Origin: Archangiaceae bacterium
Lineage (GTDB): Bacteria; Myxococcota; Myxococcia; Myxococcales; Myxococcaceae
Direction: 5' to 3'
DNA length: 31,383 nucleotides
NCBI GenBank assembly: GCA_043750125.1
Contig: JAYVCD010000138.1
Coordinates: forward strand, 1-31,383
Position 1 is the stretch's first letter, and each line of letters begins with the position of its first letter. Below, in pieces: positions 7,315 through 18,100 of this stretch. The notes below the pieces were generated by a model that ran no database searches, had not been told where the DNA came from, and was given only the letters and a program-made list of their open reading frames with translations. The position numbers were made by a program, and so were the translations under genes.

Positions 7315-9791
7315 GACGCGCGCCGCACGTCCCGGTGGAAGGAAAGCTGTCCCGCCGCGACTTCGATTCTGACTTTGTCGCCCTCTTCGAACTCGCCCTG
7401 CAAAATCCGTTCGGCCAGGGGACCTTCGACCAACCGCTGGACGATTTGCCGCATCGGCCGCGCCCCCAGCGAAGGGTCAAAGCCTCCCGACGCGAGCAGC
7501 AGTCGAACGACTTCTTCGGTAGCGACGTACTCGATTCCCTTCTCGCTGCGCAGCCGCTGACTGCTCTCGGACAAGAGCAGGTTGGCAATCTTCGCCACTT
7601 CGAGCTCCTGCAGCGGCTGAAAGACGCACCGCTCGTCGATGCGATTCCACAGCTCGGGGGGCAGCGCGCGCCGGGCCGCCGACGCCGCATCGGCTGCGTC
7701 CGTCGCCTTCGGGGCCGAGCCTCCAAAGCCCATGACTTTCGACTTGGCAGTCAGCGCTTCTGCTCCGAGGTTGGTGGTCAGCACCACCACGGTATTGGAA
7801 AAGTCGATGTGCCGACCCTTGCCGTCGGTAAGCCGCCCTTCCTCGAGTACCTGCAACAAAAGCAGCAAGACGTCGCGGTGCGCCTTCTCGATTTCGTCCA
7901 GCACCACCACCGAGGAAGGTCGCTTGCGTACCGGCTCGGTCAGCTGCCCGCCCTCGCCGTACCCGACGTAGCCCGCCGGAGCGCCGATCAGTCGGCTGAC
8001 CGCGTGCGCTTCGGAAAGCTCGCTCATGTCCATTCGGATCATCGCGTCCCGGCTGCCGAAAAGGACATCGGCGAGAGCGCGCGCCAGCTCTGTCTTGCCC
8101 ACCCCGGTGGGACCCAAGAACAGAAAGCTGCCCATCGGGCGACGGCTGGAAAACCCGGCGTAGTTCCGACGAATCACCTTCGCGACCCGGCCGATCACCT
8201 CTTCGTGGCCGATCACCCGCTGGTGCAGATCGGTCTCGAGCCGAAGCAACCGGGCCGAGTCGTTCATCAACAAGCGCTCTTCGGGAAGGCCGGCCAGCTT
8301 GGCCACCACCCGCGCGACATCGGCGGGCTCGACGATTTTCTTTCCTTCGCGATGGCAGCGCGAGCCGGCGAGGTCGGCGATCGAGATCGCCTTGTCCGGC
8401 AGGAAGCGATCGGTGACGTAACGGGCGGCCAGCGATGCGGCGGCCTGCAGCGCTTCGGCAGTGTACTTCAGGCCGTGGTGCTCTTCGTACCGGCCGATGA
8501 CTCCATTGAGGATGTAGACGGTGTCGGGCACCGACGGCTCGTTGACCTTCACCTTGGTGAAGCGCCGCTCGAGTGCCGGGTCGGCCTCGATGTGTTTGCG
8601 GTATTCGTCGTGGGTCGTCGCGCCGATGCAGGGGAAGTCCCCGCGGGACATTGCCGCCTTCAGCTCGTTGGAGGCGTCCTGGGGGCCGTCTCCGGTCGAG
8701 CCCGCTCCGACCAGGGTGTGAATCTCGTCGATGAAGACCACGATTCGGCCGTCGGCCTTCTTCACTTCGTCTTTGAGGCAGTTGAGCTTCTCGGAGAACG
8801 ATCCCCGAAGCTGAGTTCCGGCGACGAGGCTGGCCATGTCGAGTTCGATCACCACCCGCTCGCCCAGCGCCCCTCTGAGCAACGCCAGCTGCTGCGCGAC
8901 GCCCTCGACCACTGCGGTCTTTCCTACGCCCGGCTCGCCGACCAGACAGGGGTTGTTGGTGCGGCGCTTTCCGAGAATGTCGATCACCGCGTCGATCTCG
9001 AGGGCGCGACCGACCACCGGGTCGAGCTTCGAGGCGCGGGCGAGGACGGTGAGGTTCTTTCCAATCGAAGTCAGCAGCGGGTACTGGCGCGGATCCAGAT
9101 GCCAGGGGGTGAGGCCGGCAACCTGGGCGGGAGGCGCTGGCATCACGGGCGGCAAGCTGACCTGGGCCAGTGAGAGGGCTTCCAGCTCGCGAACCTCGTC
9201 GTCCGAGATGTCGTCGATCAGATCGCGTGGCGACAGGCCCGGTCGCAGGGTCGCCGGCCGCGGCGCGGGAACAGGCAGGGTGGCGGTCTTGGCGGCGGCC
9301 GGAGCAAACGGCAAAGGAGGCGCTCCCAGCGGTCGTCCACTCAAGCTGCGCGGCAGGTTCGGCGGCAGCTCGCGCGAGAGCATCAGCCGGCGCGGCATCC
9401 GCCCCGAGGTGAAATACGACAGCGCGGTGTTGCGCAGCCCGGTGAGATCGAGCCCGGCCTTGAAGAGCAGGTCCTGAGCCGAGCAGCGGACGCGGGTGAT
9501 TCCGATCAGCGCGTGCATGCAGTCGGCTTCCGACGACCCGCAGCCCTGGGCGATCTCACGGGTCTTCTCGCGAAGCTCGCGCACCAGGCCTTCTTGCTCG
9601 GACGGGGCGGACGTGAGCCGCTCGAGCAGCAGGTCTTCGTCGATGCCGCGTTCCTTCAGCAGCAACGCTGCGCGGTTTTCGACGGTGAACATCGCGAGCA
9701 ACACATGCGCGGTGGTGAGGCGCTGGTTCACGCTGCGGGCGATATCGTCGGCTTCGGCCATCACCTGCGCGAAATCACTGCTGTCGACCAT
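7311..9791 (-). CDS. ATP-dependent Clp protease ATP-binding subunit (ClpA/ClpC type)
   Basis: Clp-N repeats; two AAA+ modules ([14 protein letters not shown] and [14 protein letters not shown]); GYVG pore loop; MGF ClpP-docking loop. Confidence 0.96.
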   Translation of the reverse strand: MVDSSDFAQVMAEADDIARSVNQRLTTAHVLLAMFTVENRAALLLKERGIDEDLLLERLTSAPSEQEGLVRELREKTREIAQGCGSSEADCMHALIGITRVRCSAQDLLFKAGLDLTGLRNTALSYFTSGRMPRRLMLSRELPPNLPRSLSGRPLGAPPLPFAPAAAKTATLPVPAPRPATLRPGLSPRDLIDDISDDEVRELEALSLAQVSLPPVMPAPPAQVAGLTPWHLDPRQYPLLTSIGKNLTVLARASKLDPVVGRALEIDAVIDILGKRRTNNPCLVGEPGVGKTAVVEGVAQQLALLRGALGERVVIELDMASLVAGTQLRGSFSEKLNCLKDEVKKADGRIVVFIDEIHTLVGAGSTGDGPQDASNELKAAMSRGDFPCIGATTHDEYRKHIEADPALERRFTKVKVNEPSVPDTVYILNGVIGRYEEHHGLKYTAEALQAAASLAARYVTDRFLPDKAISIADLAGSRCHREGKKIVEPADVARVVAKLAGLPEERLLMNDSARLLRLETDLHQRVIGHEEVIGRVAKVIRRNYAGFSSRRPMGSFLFLGPTGVGKTELARALADVLFGSRDAMIRMDMSELSEAHAVSRLIGAPAGYVGYGEGGQLTEPVRKRPSSVVVLDEIEKAHRDVLLLLLQVLEEGRLTDGKGRHIDFSNTVVVLTTNLGAEALTAKSKVMGFGGSAPKATDAADAASAARRALPPELWNRIDERCVFQPLQELEVAKIANLLLSESSQRLRSEKGIEYVATEEVVRLLLASGGFDPSLGARPMRQIVQRLVEGPLAERILQGEFEEGDKVRIEVAAGQLSFHRDVRRAS

Positions 9792-9951
9792 GGGTGGCGG
9801 CTCCCTCGCCTGGGACGTCGTTCAACGATGTACACCCGCGGGATCGTTGGAGCAAAAAAACTGCTACAGGTTGATACCGGATTGTTAAGTGCGGTGTGAT
9901 TCGTCGTTGAGGCTTGAAATCAAGACCCCCTTCGCGCGTTAAGCGGCCGTC

Positions 9952-10662
9952 TTGCTTACCTCGCTCGCCCTTTCCGCCCGCGTCTACCTCGATCCGGTTT
10001 CCACGGTGCCGCGGGCTGTCGATCAGCGCCGGTGGGTGATTCCGCTGATTTGGCTGATGGTGACGGGGGCTGCGGCAGGGGCCTCGTTTGCCCAACGGCT
10101 CGACGCGGCGAAAGAAGTTCTGCCGAAGATGGAAGAGAAAGGAGAGCTCGCGAAAGCCAGTGAGCGCGAAGTCAGTGAGGAAGTCGAGCAGACCCAGCGC
10201 ATCGCGCTCGTGCTGGGGGTCGCCAAGGCGGTGTTCGGAATGCCGCTGTGGGTGCTGATGATCGCGATCGCGCTGAAGACTCTGGCCTGGCTGCTGGGCC
10301 GCAAGTCGCAGTTCGGAGCGCTGTTCACGGCCGCTTCGGTGGCCCTGCTGCCGGTGGCGCTCTATTACCTGCTGGCGACGGTGGTGGCCCTGCGACAAGA
10401 CGTGATTGCCCCCGCGCAGGCGGGAAAGCTGACGGTCAGCTCGCTGGCTCCGCTGTTTGCCGAGGCAGGTCCGGGCAAGGCGCGGGTGCTGGCGGCGTTC
10501 GATTTTTTCAATCTCTGGTCGGCGGGACTGCTGGGGCTGGGCTTTGCCGCGGCGACGAAGATGTCGGCCTGGCGCGGGGTGTGGCTCGCCCTTGGGCTCT
10601 ACGCGCTGTACGCCGCTGCAATTCTGGTCGGCCTGCCGGGAATGATGGGGGGCGGGAAGTGA
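9952..10662 (+). CDS. YIP1-family membrane protein (YknW-like)
   Basis: About 5 hydrophobic segments, DP...WVIPL at the N-terminus, DFFNLWS..LL.LG motif. First gene of the exporter operon. Confidence 0.8.
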   Translation: MLTSLALSARVYLDPVSTVPRAVDQRRWVIPLIWLMVTGAAAGASFAQRLDAAKEVLPKMEEKGELAKASEREVSEEVEQTQRIALVLGVAKAVFGMPLWVLMIAIALKTLAWLLGRKSQFGALFTAASVALLPVALYYLLATVVALRQDVIAPAQAGKLTVSSLAPLFAEAGPGKARVLAAFDFFNLWSAGLLGLGFAAATKMSAWRGVWLALGLYALYAAAILVGLPGMMGGGK

Positions 10663-11948
10663 TCGCATGGCTCGTGGTGGCGCAGTTGCTGGCGGTTCCG
10701 ATCACGCTCGAAGAGGTCCGGACGGCGTCGACTGAAAATCTGGCGGCGCTGCAGGCCGAACTCGACGTGGTGCGGGCGATCACCGGGGTCAAGGCGTCGC
10801 GGGCGGCGATCTTTCCCCAGCTGTCGATGCAGGCGCAGGGGGGGGCTTCGATCTCGGGCCCCCGGCGCGCGGAGATCGTGATCGATGGCACGGCCAACGC
10901 CGACGTCCCGGCCTTCAGTCGCGGCAACTATGCGCTCGGGCTGACGCTCAACCAGCTGATCTACGACGGCGGGCGTTGGTGGAACCAGATCGCTCTCTCG
11001 GGAGCGACGGCCGAGGCGGCCCAGGGCCAGCTGGACGAGCAGCGGCTGGCCAGTCGGTACGAGGCCGAGCGCCGATTTTTCGAGCTGCTGCGCTCGCAGC
11101 AGGCGCTCGAGGTGCTCAAGCAGACCGTCGATCGCAGCCAACAGCAGCTCGAGCGGGCCGAGTCTCTGTTCGAAGCGGGGCGGGGCCAGAAGCGCGATGC
11201 GCTGGACGCGGAAGTCAACCTGGGCAACGACAAGATCCAGGTCGTTCGCGCCGAGCAGGCGATCATTTCCGAGCAGATCGATCTGCTCAGCTGGCTCTCG
11301 CGCCCGACGGGCGAGGTCGAGGCGATGGTTCCGCAAGCGCTCAAAGAGCTTCCGGTCAAAGGGCCCGACGCCGCGGTCGCGCTCACGAATGCGCGCGGTC
11401 AGCGGCCGCTGCTCAAGGCGCTGGCGAGCCAGGCGCGGGCGTCCCAACTGGCGATCGACGTGGCCCAGGCCGCGTACCTGCCCCGGGTCTCGGGCACTGC
11501 GGGCTACAACCGGTCTGCGTCGGCGGCCGAGCCCTTCTTTCTCGACCCCGCGCGGCAGAACGCGCTGAGCGTCGGGCTGTTGTTTCAGTGGGACCTGTTC
11601 AGCGGGTTTGCGACCTCGGCGCAGGTGGGCCGGGCGAGCGCGGATCTTCGGGGGGCCCAGCTGCAGCTCGAGCAGGCCGAGCGCGAGCTGAGCGGTGAGA
11701 TTCGTCGGACGTCGGCGGGGCTCGATGCGCAGCTGAAGATCGCGATTCTCGCCGAGCGGAACCGGGCGATCGCCGAAGTGGCGCTGAGGTTGGCGGAAGA
11801 ACGCTTCAACGCGGGCGCCGGGTCGACGCTCGAGGTCCGCGATGCACAGATCAAGCTGACCCAGGCACAGCTGACCCAGGTGCAGGGGCGAATCGACCTG
11901 GAGATCGCGCGGGCCGGCCTGAGCCGAATCGTCGGAGCTGCGCTGTGA
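10659..11948 (+). CDS. TolC-family outer membrane efflux protein
   Basis: GTG start overlaps the YIP1 stop (GTGA). Repeated FPQLS/YLPRVS, LIYDGG/DLFSG and RFNAG.STLEV.DAQ motifs. Confidence 0.92.
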   Translation: MIAWLVVAQLLAVPITLEEVRTASTENLAALQAELDVVRAITGVKASRAAIFPQLSMQAQGGASISGPRRAEIVIDGTANADVPAFSRGNYALGLTLNQLIYDGGRWWNQIALSGATAEAAQGQLDEQRLASRYEAERRFFELLRSQQALEVLKQTVDRSQQQLERAESLFEAGRGQKRDALDAEVNLGNDKIQVVRAEQAIISEQIDLLSWLSRPTGEVEAMVPQALKELPVKGPDAAVALTNARGQRPLLKALASQARASQLAIDVAQAAYLPRVSGTAGYNRSASAAEPFFLDPARQNALSVGLLFQWDLFSGFATSAQVGRASADLRGAQLQLEQAERELSGEIRRTSAGLDAQLKIAILAERNRAIAEVALRLAEERFNAGAGSTLEVRDAQIKLTQAQLTQVQGRIDLEIARAGLSRIVGAAL

Positions 11949-11976
11949 GCAAGAGACATGTCGTGAGGGGAACAAG

Positions 11977-13242
11977 ATGACCTGGTGGAAAGCAATGATT
12001 GCCGCGTTGATCGTCCTCGGAGTGGGCGCGATCGCGTTCAACGGTCTGCGTGAGAAACCGCCCCCGTCGCAGGAAGTGCAGCTGGGGCCCGCGAAGAAAG
12101 GGCCGATCACCCGAACGGTGACCGGGGCGGGAAAAGTGCAGGCGGCCACGACGGTGAAGATTTCCAGCAACCTGTCAGGAGACCTGATCGAGCTGACGAT
12201 CAAAGAAGGCGAGCAGGTCAGCAAAGGACAGGTGCTGGGCAAGCTCGACAAGCGAAAGTTCGAGGCGGCGACCAAGCAGGCCCAGGCGGCCTTCAGCGCG
12301 GCGCGTGCCGATGTGCAGGCCTCGCAGGTCGAAGTCGATCGTTCGTCGGCGGAAGTGGGGCGGGTGGCAGGGCTGGTGGAAAAAGGGCTGGCGTCGAAGG
12401 CCGAGCTCGAGCGTTCGACCGCAGATCGCGACACCGCGATCGCCCGGCTGTCGGGAGTGAAAGACCGCGCGACGCAGGCCTCGGCCCGGCTCGAAGAGAC
12501 GCAGAATGATCTGTCGAAGACGACGCTGAGTTCTCCGATCGACGGGACGGTGATCGAGCTCACCCGCGAGGTCGGCGAGCGGGTGCGGGGCAGCGATTTT
12601 TCGGAAGACGTGGTGATGACGATCGCGGCGCTGGCCACGATGGAAGTGAAGATCGAAGTGGGGGAGCACGAGGTCGTCCACCTGAAGGCGGGGCAAGCGG
12701 CCGCGGTGAAGGTCGATGCGCTCGAGGGGCAGACTTTTGCCGGCACGGTGATCGAGATTGCCCAGAAGGCATTGATTCGCAACGCCGGCAGCGAGCAGGA
12801 AACGACCAACTTTCCAGTGACGATCGCCTTGACCGCGCGGCCGCCGGGAGTCCTGCCGGGGATGAGCGCCGAAGTCCGGGTGAAGGCGGAAAGTCGAGAG
12901 TCCGCGGTGACGGTGCCGGTTCAGGCGGTGACGGTGCGGCCGGAAAAGATGCTCACTGATCTGGCTCCGCCGGTAGAGCAGGGCGCGCTCAAGGCCCCTC
13001 GAAGCTCGGAAGGATTCGCGAAGATCGTCTTCGTGGTCGACTCGGACAAGAAGGCGCACCTGCGGCGGGTGCGCACCGGGATCTCGTCGGACACCGATGT
13101 CGAGATTGTCGAGGGCCTGAACGAAGGGGAGCAGGTGATCGAAGGTCCCTACCGCACCCTGGCCAAGGAGCTCAAAGAGGGCGATCTGGTCGAAGAAGTG
13201 AAGCCGGGCGAAGGCAAGCACCGCGGACCCAAGAAGGGCTGA
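11977..13242 (+). CDS. Efflux periplasmic adaptor (MacA/YknX-like)
   Basis: N-terminal TM, lipoyl half-motifs ([20 protein letters not shown]), coiled-coil hairpin, [20 protein letters not shown]. Confidence 0.93.
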   Translation: MTWWKAMIAALIVLGVGAIAFNGLREKPPPSQEVQLGPAKKGPITRTVTGAGKVQAATTVKISSNLSGDLIELTIKEGEQVSKGQVLGKLDKRKFEAATKQAQAAFSAARADVQASQVEVDRSSAEVGRVAGLVEKGLASKAELERSTADRDTAIARLSGVKDRATQASARLEETQNDLSKTTLSSPIDGTVIELTREVGERVRGSDFSEDVVMTIAALATMEVKIEVGEHEVVHLKAGQAAAVKVDALEGQTFAGTVIEIAQKALIRNAGSEQETTNFPVTIALTARPPGVLPGMSAEVRVKAESRESAVTVPVQAVTVRPEKMLTDLAPPVEQGALKAPRSSEGFAKIVFVVDSDKKAHLRRVRTGISSDTDVEIVEGLNEGEQVIEGPYRTLAKELKEGDLVEEVKPGEGKHRGPKKG

Positions 13243-13976
13243 TGCTGATCGATCTCAAAGACATCTGGCGGACCTACTTCGTCGGCGGCGAAACGGTGCA
13301 CGCGCTGCGGGGGGTGAACCTCACCATCGACAAAGGCGAATGGGTGGCGATCATCGGCCAGTCGGGGTCTGGAAAGAGCACGTTGATGAACGTGGTCGGC
13401 TGCCTCGATACCCCGTCGCGCGGCGAGTACCTGCTCAATGGGCGCGACGTGGCGCACATGCCCGACGACGACCTGGCGGGCGTTCGCAACCGGGAAATCG
13501 GTTTCGTGTTTCAGAATTTCCAGCTGCTGCCCCGCGAGACCGCGCTCGCCAACGTCGAGCTGCCGCTGGTGTACCGGGGAATGCGGGCGAAGGAACGGCG
13601 GGAAAAGGCAATCAACGCCCTGCGCCAGGTGAAGCTTCAAGACCGGATGATGCATCGGCCCAACGAGCTGTCGGGCGGCCAGAAGCAGCGGGTGGCGATC
13701 GCGCGCGCGCTGGCCAGCGAGCCGTCTTTGCTGCTGGCCGACGAGCCGACCGGAAACCTCGATTCGGCGACCGGGGAAGAGATCATTCGGCTGTTCGATG
13801 AGCTGCACAGCGCAGGGCACACGATCGTGTTGGTGACCCACGAGCCGAAGCTGGCCGCGCGATGCCCCCGGGCGGTTCGACTCTCGGACGGGAACGTGAT
13901 CGCCGATGGCCCGGGGCGAGAGGTCGCGATGCAAAATCTTCGCGATGATCCCCGACTGGCGGCGCCTGCGACATGA
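13242..13976 (+). CDS. ABC transporter ATP-binding protein (MacB/LolD type)
   Basis: Walker [15 protein letters not shown] signature, [14 protein letters not shown]. Confidence 0.96.
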   Translation: MLIDLKDIWRTYFVGGETVHALRGVNLTIDKGEWVAIIGQSGSGKSTLMNVVGCLDTPSRGEYLLNGRDVAHMPDDDLAGVRNREIGFVFQNFQLLPRETALANVELPLVYRGMRAKERREKAINALRQVKLQDRMMHRPNELSGGQKQRVAIARALASEPSLLLADEPTGNLDSATGEEIIRLFDELHSAGHTIVLVTHEPKLAARCPRAVRLSDGNVIADGPGREVAMQNLRDDPRLAAPAT

Positions 13977-15199
13977 GCTTCCGGGTCGACTTCATCGAAG
14001 GCGCGCGGATCGCGATCATGTCGCTTCGCGCGCACCGGCTGCGCACAGTGCTCACCACGGTCGGGGTCGGCATCGGGGTCGCCACGCTGCTGGCGATCGT
14101 CGGCATCATTCAGGGGCTCAACGGCTCATTCGACAAGCAGCTGGCGGGCATGGGGAGCAGCTCGCTCTACGTCGCGCGCCAGCCGTGGGTGCAGATGGGC
14201 AACTGGTGGGAATTCCGCAACCGCAAGCCGCTGACGATGGCCCATGTCGAGGCCATTCGCGCGCAGTCGACGTACGCGGTGGCGGTCGCTCCGGCGCTGG
14301 ACGACAACCAGGACGTGAGCTTTCAAGGCAACAGCCTGACCTCGGTGGACATCAACGGGACGACTCCGGAAGACTTGACGGTCTCGAGCCATCAGATCGC
14401 GACCGGCAGGTTCTTGATCGAGAGCGACGACGAGAGCCGGCGCTCGGTGGCGGTGCTGGGCACCGACGTGACCGACACCCTGTTTCCCCACTCGAACCCG
14501 CTGGGCGCCTCGATTCGCATCGGAAGCAAGCTGTTCACCGTGATTGGCACCCTGGTGCGTCGGGGCAAGATCCTCGATCAGAGCCAGGACCTGACGGTGA
14601 TCATTCCGTTCCGGACTTTTCAGAGCCAATTCGGCGGCCGCCGAAGCATTCAGATCGGAGTGGCGGTGGCGAACCCGAAGATGATGGACGCGGCCGAAGA
14701 TCAGCTGGTCGGGATTCTGCGCCGGGCGCGGGCGACTCCCCCGGACAAGCAGGACGACTTCGCGATCAACCGACCCGAGCAGCTGGCGTCGACCTACAAC
14801 CAGCTCACCGGGGCCCTGTTCGGGGTCGCCGCCGGCATCGGCTTCATCACCTTGCTGGTGGGCGGAATCGGGATCATGAACATCATGCTGGTCTCGGTTC
14901 GCGAGCGGACCCGCGAAATTGGAGTGCGGCGGGCGCTGGGGGCGCGGAAACGGACGATCGTAATTCAGTTCATTCTCGAGGCGATCGCGGTCTCGGCCGT
15001 GGGCGGTCTGCTCGGGACGATCGTCGGCCTGGGGGGAGCGAAGATCGTGAGCATGGTGACTCCGTTGGCGGCGACGGTCGAGCCGTTGACCGTGGTCTTC
15101 GGAGTGGGCTTCGCCGCGGCGGTGGGACTGCTGTTTGGGATCTGGCCCGCGTGGCGTGCCGCCAACCTGGACCCGGTCGAAGCGCTGAGAGCCGAATGA
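13973..15199 (+). CDS. ABC transporter permease (MacB-PCD/FtsX)
   Basis: [29 protein letters not shown]-terminal [14 protein letters not shown] overlap. Confidence 0.95.
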   Translation: MSFRVDFIEGARIAIMSLRAHRLRTVLTTVGVGIGVATLLAIVGIIQGLNGSFDKQLAGMGSSSLYVARQPWVQMGNWWEFRNRKPLTMAHVEAIRAQSTYAVAVAPALDDNQDVSFQGNSLTSVDINGTTPEDLTVSSHQIATGRFLIESDDESRRSVAVLGTDVTDTLFPHSNPLGASIRIGSKLFTVIGTLVRRGKILDQSQDLTVIIPFRTFQSQFGGRRSIQIGVAVANPKMMDAAEDQLVGILRRARATPPDKQDDFAINRPEQLASTYNQLTGALFGVAAGIGFITLLVGGIGIMNIMLVSVRERTREIGVRRALGARKRTIVIQFILEAIAVSAVGGLLGTIVGLGGAKIVSMVTPLAATVEPLTVVFGVGFAAAVGLLFGIWPAWRAANLDPVEALRAE

Positions 15200-16440
15200 T
15201 CCGGGTGTTCTTCGACAACCTGCGGTTGGCCTTCGGCACGTTCGTCGCCAACCCATTGCGCACGCTGCTGACGCTGCTGGGGATCATGATCGGGGTCACG
15301 ACGGTGGTGACGATGATGGCCCTGCTCGAGGGGCTGAGCGTGAAGGTCAACCGAGACCTGTCGATGCTCGGCGCCAACGTCTTTCGGGTGGACAAGTTCC
15401 CGGTGGGGATTCACCTCGGCGGCAACCGGATGAACTGGAACAAGATCGGCAACCGGCCCCCTCTGACGCTGGCCGACCGCAAGGCGATCGTCGAGCACTG
15501 CCCCTCGGTGACCATGGCCAGCGCCTCGAGCGGGCAGCCGGCGCAGAAGGTCTCGACTGCGGCGGCCGAGACCCAGCCGACGGTGTTCGTGGTGGGCGCG
15601 ACGACCGAGTATTCGGACACAGCAGGGGTCACGGTCGCGTCGGGACGCTTTTTCAACGAGCAGGACGACCTCGACGCCCGGCAATCGGTCGTGCTCGGGC
15701 CGGACGTGGTCGACCGGTTGTTTCCCAGCGCCGACCCGCTGGGGCAGGAAGTGCGAATGAGGGGGCGCCCGTACACCGTCCTCGGGGTGCTCGAGCGACG
15801 GGGCAAGGTGCTCGGCTTGTTCAACCTGGACAACATGGTGTTCATGCCGATGAACACCTTCCTGTCTGCCTACGGCAAGCGCCGCAGCCTGTCGATCAAC
15901 GTGCAGGCCCGCGACAAGGAAGGCGTCGAGCGCGGGCAGGAAGAAGTGATTCGACTGATGCGCAGCCGTCGAAAGATCGACCCGGCAGAAGAAAACAATT
16001 TCGAGCTCGCGACCAACGAATCGATGGCGAAGACGCTCAACGATCTGTCGAAGGTGATTACTGCCGCGACGTTCGGGGTCTGTTTCCTCTCGTTGCTGGT
16101 GGGCGGAATCGGGATCCTCAACATCATGCTGGTGGCCGTCACCGAGCGGACCAAAGAGATTGGGGTGCGAAAGGCGCTGGGGGCGACGCGGCGGCGAATT
16201 CTGCTGCAGTTCGCGACCGAGGCGGTGGTGCTCTCGCTGGTCGGGGGAATAATCGGCATCGGGGTGGGCTTTGGCCTCGCGTTCCTCGGGCGTTGGACGC
16301 TGGGGCTGTACACCTCGGTGCCCACCTGGGCGGTGGTGTTGTCCCTGGCAATGAGCTCAGGGGTCGGGCTGGTGTTCGGGATCTACCCCGCGGCCCGCGC
16401 CGCCCGCCTGGACCCGGTGGAAGCGATGCGCTCGGAGTAA
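15196..16440 (+). CDS. ABC transporter permease (MacB-PCD/FtsX), second copy
   Basis: ATG at 15196 (ATGA overlap); GGIGILNIMLVAVTERTKEIGVRKALGA; LDPVEAMRSE. Confidence 0.95.
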   Translation: MIRVFFDNLRLAFGTFVANPLRTLLTLLGIMIGVTTVVTMMALLEGLSVKVNRDLSMLGANVFRVDKFPVGIHLGGNRMNWNKIGNRPPLTLADRKAIVEHCPSVTMASASSGQPAQKVSTAAAETQPTVFVVGATTEYSDTAGVTVASGRFFNEQDDLDARQSVVLGPDVVDRLFPSADPLGQEVRMRGRPYTVLGVLERRGKVLGLFNLDNMVFMPMNTFLSAYGKRRSLSINVQARDKEGVERGQEEVIRLMRSRRKIDPAEENNFELATNESMAKTLNDLSKVITAATFGVCFLSLLVGGIGILNIMLVAVTERTKEIGVRKALGATRRRILLQFATEAVVLSLVGGIIGIGVGFGLAFLGRWTLGLYTSVPTWAVVLSLAMSSGVGLVFGIYPAARAARLDPVEAMRSE

Positions 16441-16489
16441 CGCGCAAGATCATTCGGGCCCAGCATGTGCGGCCTCACGAAGGTCATGC

Positions 16490-16509
16490 AGTTCAAGACC
16501 ACGTGAACT
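16490..16509. promoter_or_regulatory. Inverted repeat, candidate GbsR/MarR operator
   Basis: AGTTCA-N8-TGAACT, overlapping a TATATG -10-like hexamer at 16509-16514. Confidence 0.5.
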
Positions 16510-16520
16510 ATATGAAGAGC

Positions 16521-17501
16521 ATGAATCCTGCTCAGGCCTTTGGGGACTTCCTCGTCGAGGTCGAACGGTCGTTGGTCGCCGAGCTGGGAGGCGAGAGCGT
16601 TCCGGCGTCGCAGACTTTACTCACTGCGGCCCGGCACCTGTGTCTGGGCGGAGGCGCCAAGCGAGCGCGGCCCCTGCTGGTCCGGATCTTCGGGGACACC
16701 CTGGGAGTCGACCCGGGCAAGCTGGTCGAGGTCGCCGCCGCGGCCGAGCTGATTCATTCGGCCAGCCTTCTGCACGACGACGTGATCGACGCGGGAATGT
16801 TTCGCCGAGGGCGCCCGACGGTGAACGCGCGCTGGGGGAACATCGTCGCGGTGATGTCGGGCGATCTGATGCTGTCGGGGGCCCTGCTGCGGTTGTCACA
16901 GGTGGACCCGCGGCTGACCGCGTCGGCGTTGGGGGTGATTGCCGAGATGACCCGGTCGGCGATCTTCGAAGTCGAAGCGCGCGGGAACCTCGAGCTTTCG
17001 CTGCCAGCGCTGCGGCGCATCGCCGAAGGGAAGACGGGCTCGCTGTTCGGGTGGTGCGGGCTGGGCGCGGCGACGATGGGGAACGACCCCGAAGCGGGCA
17101 AGTGTTTCGATGGGTTCGGCCGCCGCCTTGGAATTGCCTTTCAGATGGCCGATGACATTCGGGACGTGACGGGGACGGACGAGGGCAAGCCGCAATACGC
17201 GGACATTCGGTCGAAGACGCCGTCGTTGCCGATTCTTCTCGCGGTCGACAAAGACGCGAAGTTGAAGCGGCGGTTTCAAGAGGCGTGGGGCTTTCCGTCG
17301 GTCTCGGCCGAGAAGGCGCGTGAGCTGGGCACCGCGCTGTTGTGCACCGGGGCGCTGGACGAAGCGGTGGTGCAAATGGAAGCCGAGCTTTCGGGCGCGG
17401 TCGAAGCGTTGGGGCAATGGGCCCACGCCCCGGGAGGAGCGCAGCTGGTGGGGTGGGCGTGGACGGTGGCCCGCGGTTTGGCGCTCAAGGGGGCCGCCTG
17501 A
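16521..17501 (+). CDS. Trans-polyprenyl diphosphate synthase (IspB/HepT-like)
   Basis: GAKRARP, FARM LHDDVID...RRG, KTGSLF, SARM FQMADDIRD. Start is 16521 or 16512. Confidence 0.93.
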   Translation: MNPAQAFGDFLVEVERSLVAELGGESVPASQTLLTAARHLCLGGGAKRARPLLVRIFGDTLGVDPGKLVEVAAAAELIHSASLLHDDVIDAGMFRRGRPTVNARWGNIVAVMSGDLMLSGALLRLSQVDPRLTASALGVIAEMTRSAIFEVEARGNLELSLPALRRIAEGKTGSLFGWCGLGAATMGNDPEAGKCFDGFGRRLGIAFQMADDIRDVTGTDEGKPQYADIRSKTPSLPILLAVDKDAKLKRRFQEAWGFPSVSAEKARELGTALLCTGALDEAVVQMEAELSGAVEALGQWAHAPGGAQLVGWAWTVARGLALKGAA

Positions 17502-17524
17502 AGTCTGCTATGTGGGCGCGCAGC

Positions 17525-18085
17525 ATGAAGGGCTATTTGTGGAACAAGACCGAGAACACCGACCCCGAGGGCGAAGCCGAACGCCTGGAACAGTGGGAAG
17601 TGGTCGCGGTCGACGCAGTCGGGAACGTGATCGAGTTCTGGGGGTTCAAGCGCAACCAGGGCCGGGTGTGGGCGCTGTTGTACCTGCGGGACACGGCGCT
17701 GACCGCGGCAGAGATTGAAGTCGACCTCGAGCTGTCGAAGGGCGGGGTCTCGATGCTGCTGCGTGACCTCGAGCGTTGGGGCGTGATCTTGAGGGTCCGG
17801 ACCCCGGGCGATGCCTCGTGGCGCTACAAGGCCGAGCACGATTTGCTGAAGATGGCGCGGCGGGTGGTCGAAGAGCGGGAGTTCGCCTTCATCGCGCGCA
17901 TCCGGGCAGACCTGGCGGAAGCCAAGCGGCTGGCCGAAGTGGCGGGAAAGGTCCCGAAAGAACGGTTGAACCGACTGAACCGAATGGCCTCGCTGGCCGA
18001 CCAGACCGAGCGGGCCCTGAAGTTGTTCCTCAAGACCTCGCGGCTGGACGTGGCGGGGATGTTTGGCGTCTTCAAGTCGAACTAG
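17525..18085 (+). CDS. GbsR/MarR-family transcriptional regulator
   Basis: WGFKRNQGRVWALLYL...LTAAEI...LSKGGVSMLLRDLERWG winged HTH, typical of GbsR. Start is 17525 or 17510. Confidence 0.88.
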   Translation: MKGYLWNKTENTDPEGEAERLEQWEVVAVDAVGNVIEFWGFKRNQGRVWALLYLRDTALTAAEIEVDLELSKGGVSMLLRDLERWGVILRVRTPGDASWRYKAEHDLLKMARRVVEEREFAFIARIRADLAEAKRLAEVAGKVPKERLNRLNRMASLADQTERALKLFLKTSRLDVAGMFGVFKSN

Positions 18086-18100
18086 GCAAAACGGAGCCCG

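Noticed and set aside
6972..9173. 733-aa + strand ORF, and similar long antisense ORFs (2465-4039, 4307-5596, 10599-12809, 17276-18742, 27225-28391)
   Set aside because: Shadow frames opposite well-supported genes, expected in high-GC DNA with few stop codons; no recognisable motifs.
13906..15195. Apparent 844-aa permease fusion; likewise the extended starts at 481, 10248, 16293, 17342 and 28561
   Set aside because: The extensions overlap other real genes or regulatory DNA out of frame. Internal starts with an RBS or stop/start overlap fit better.
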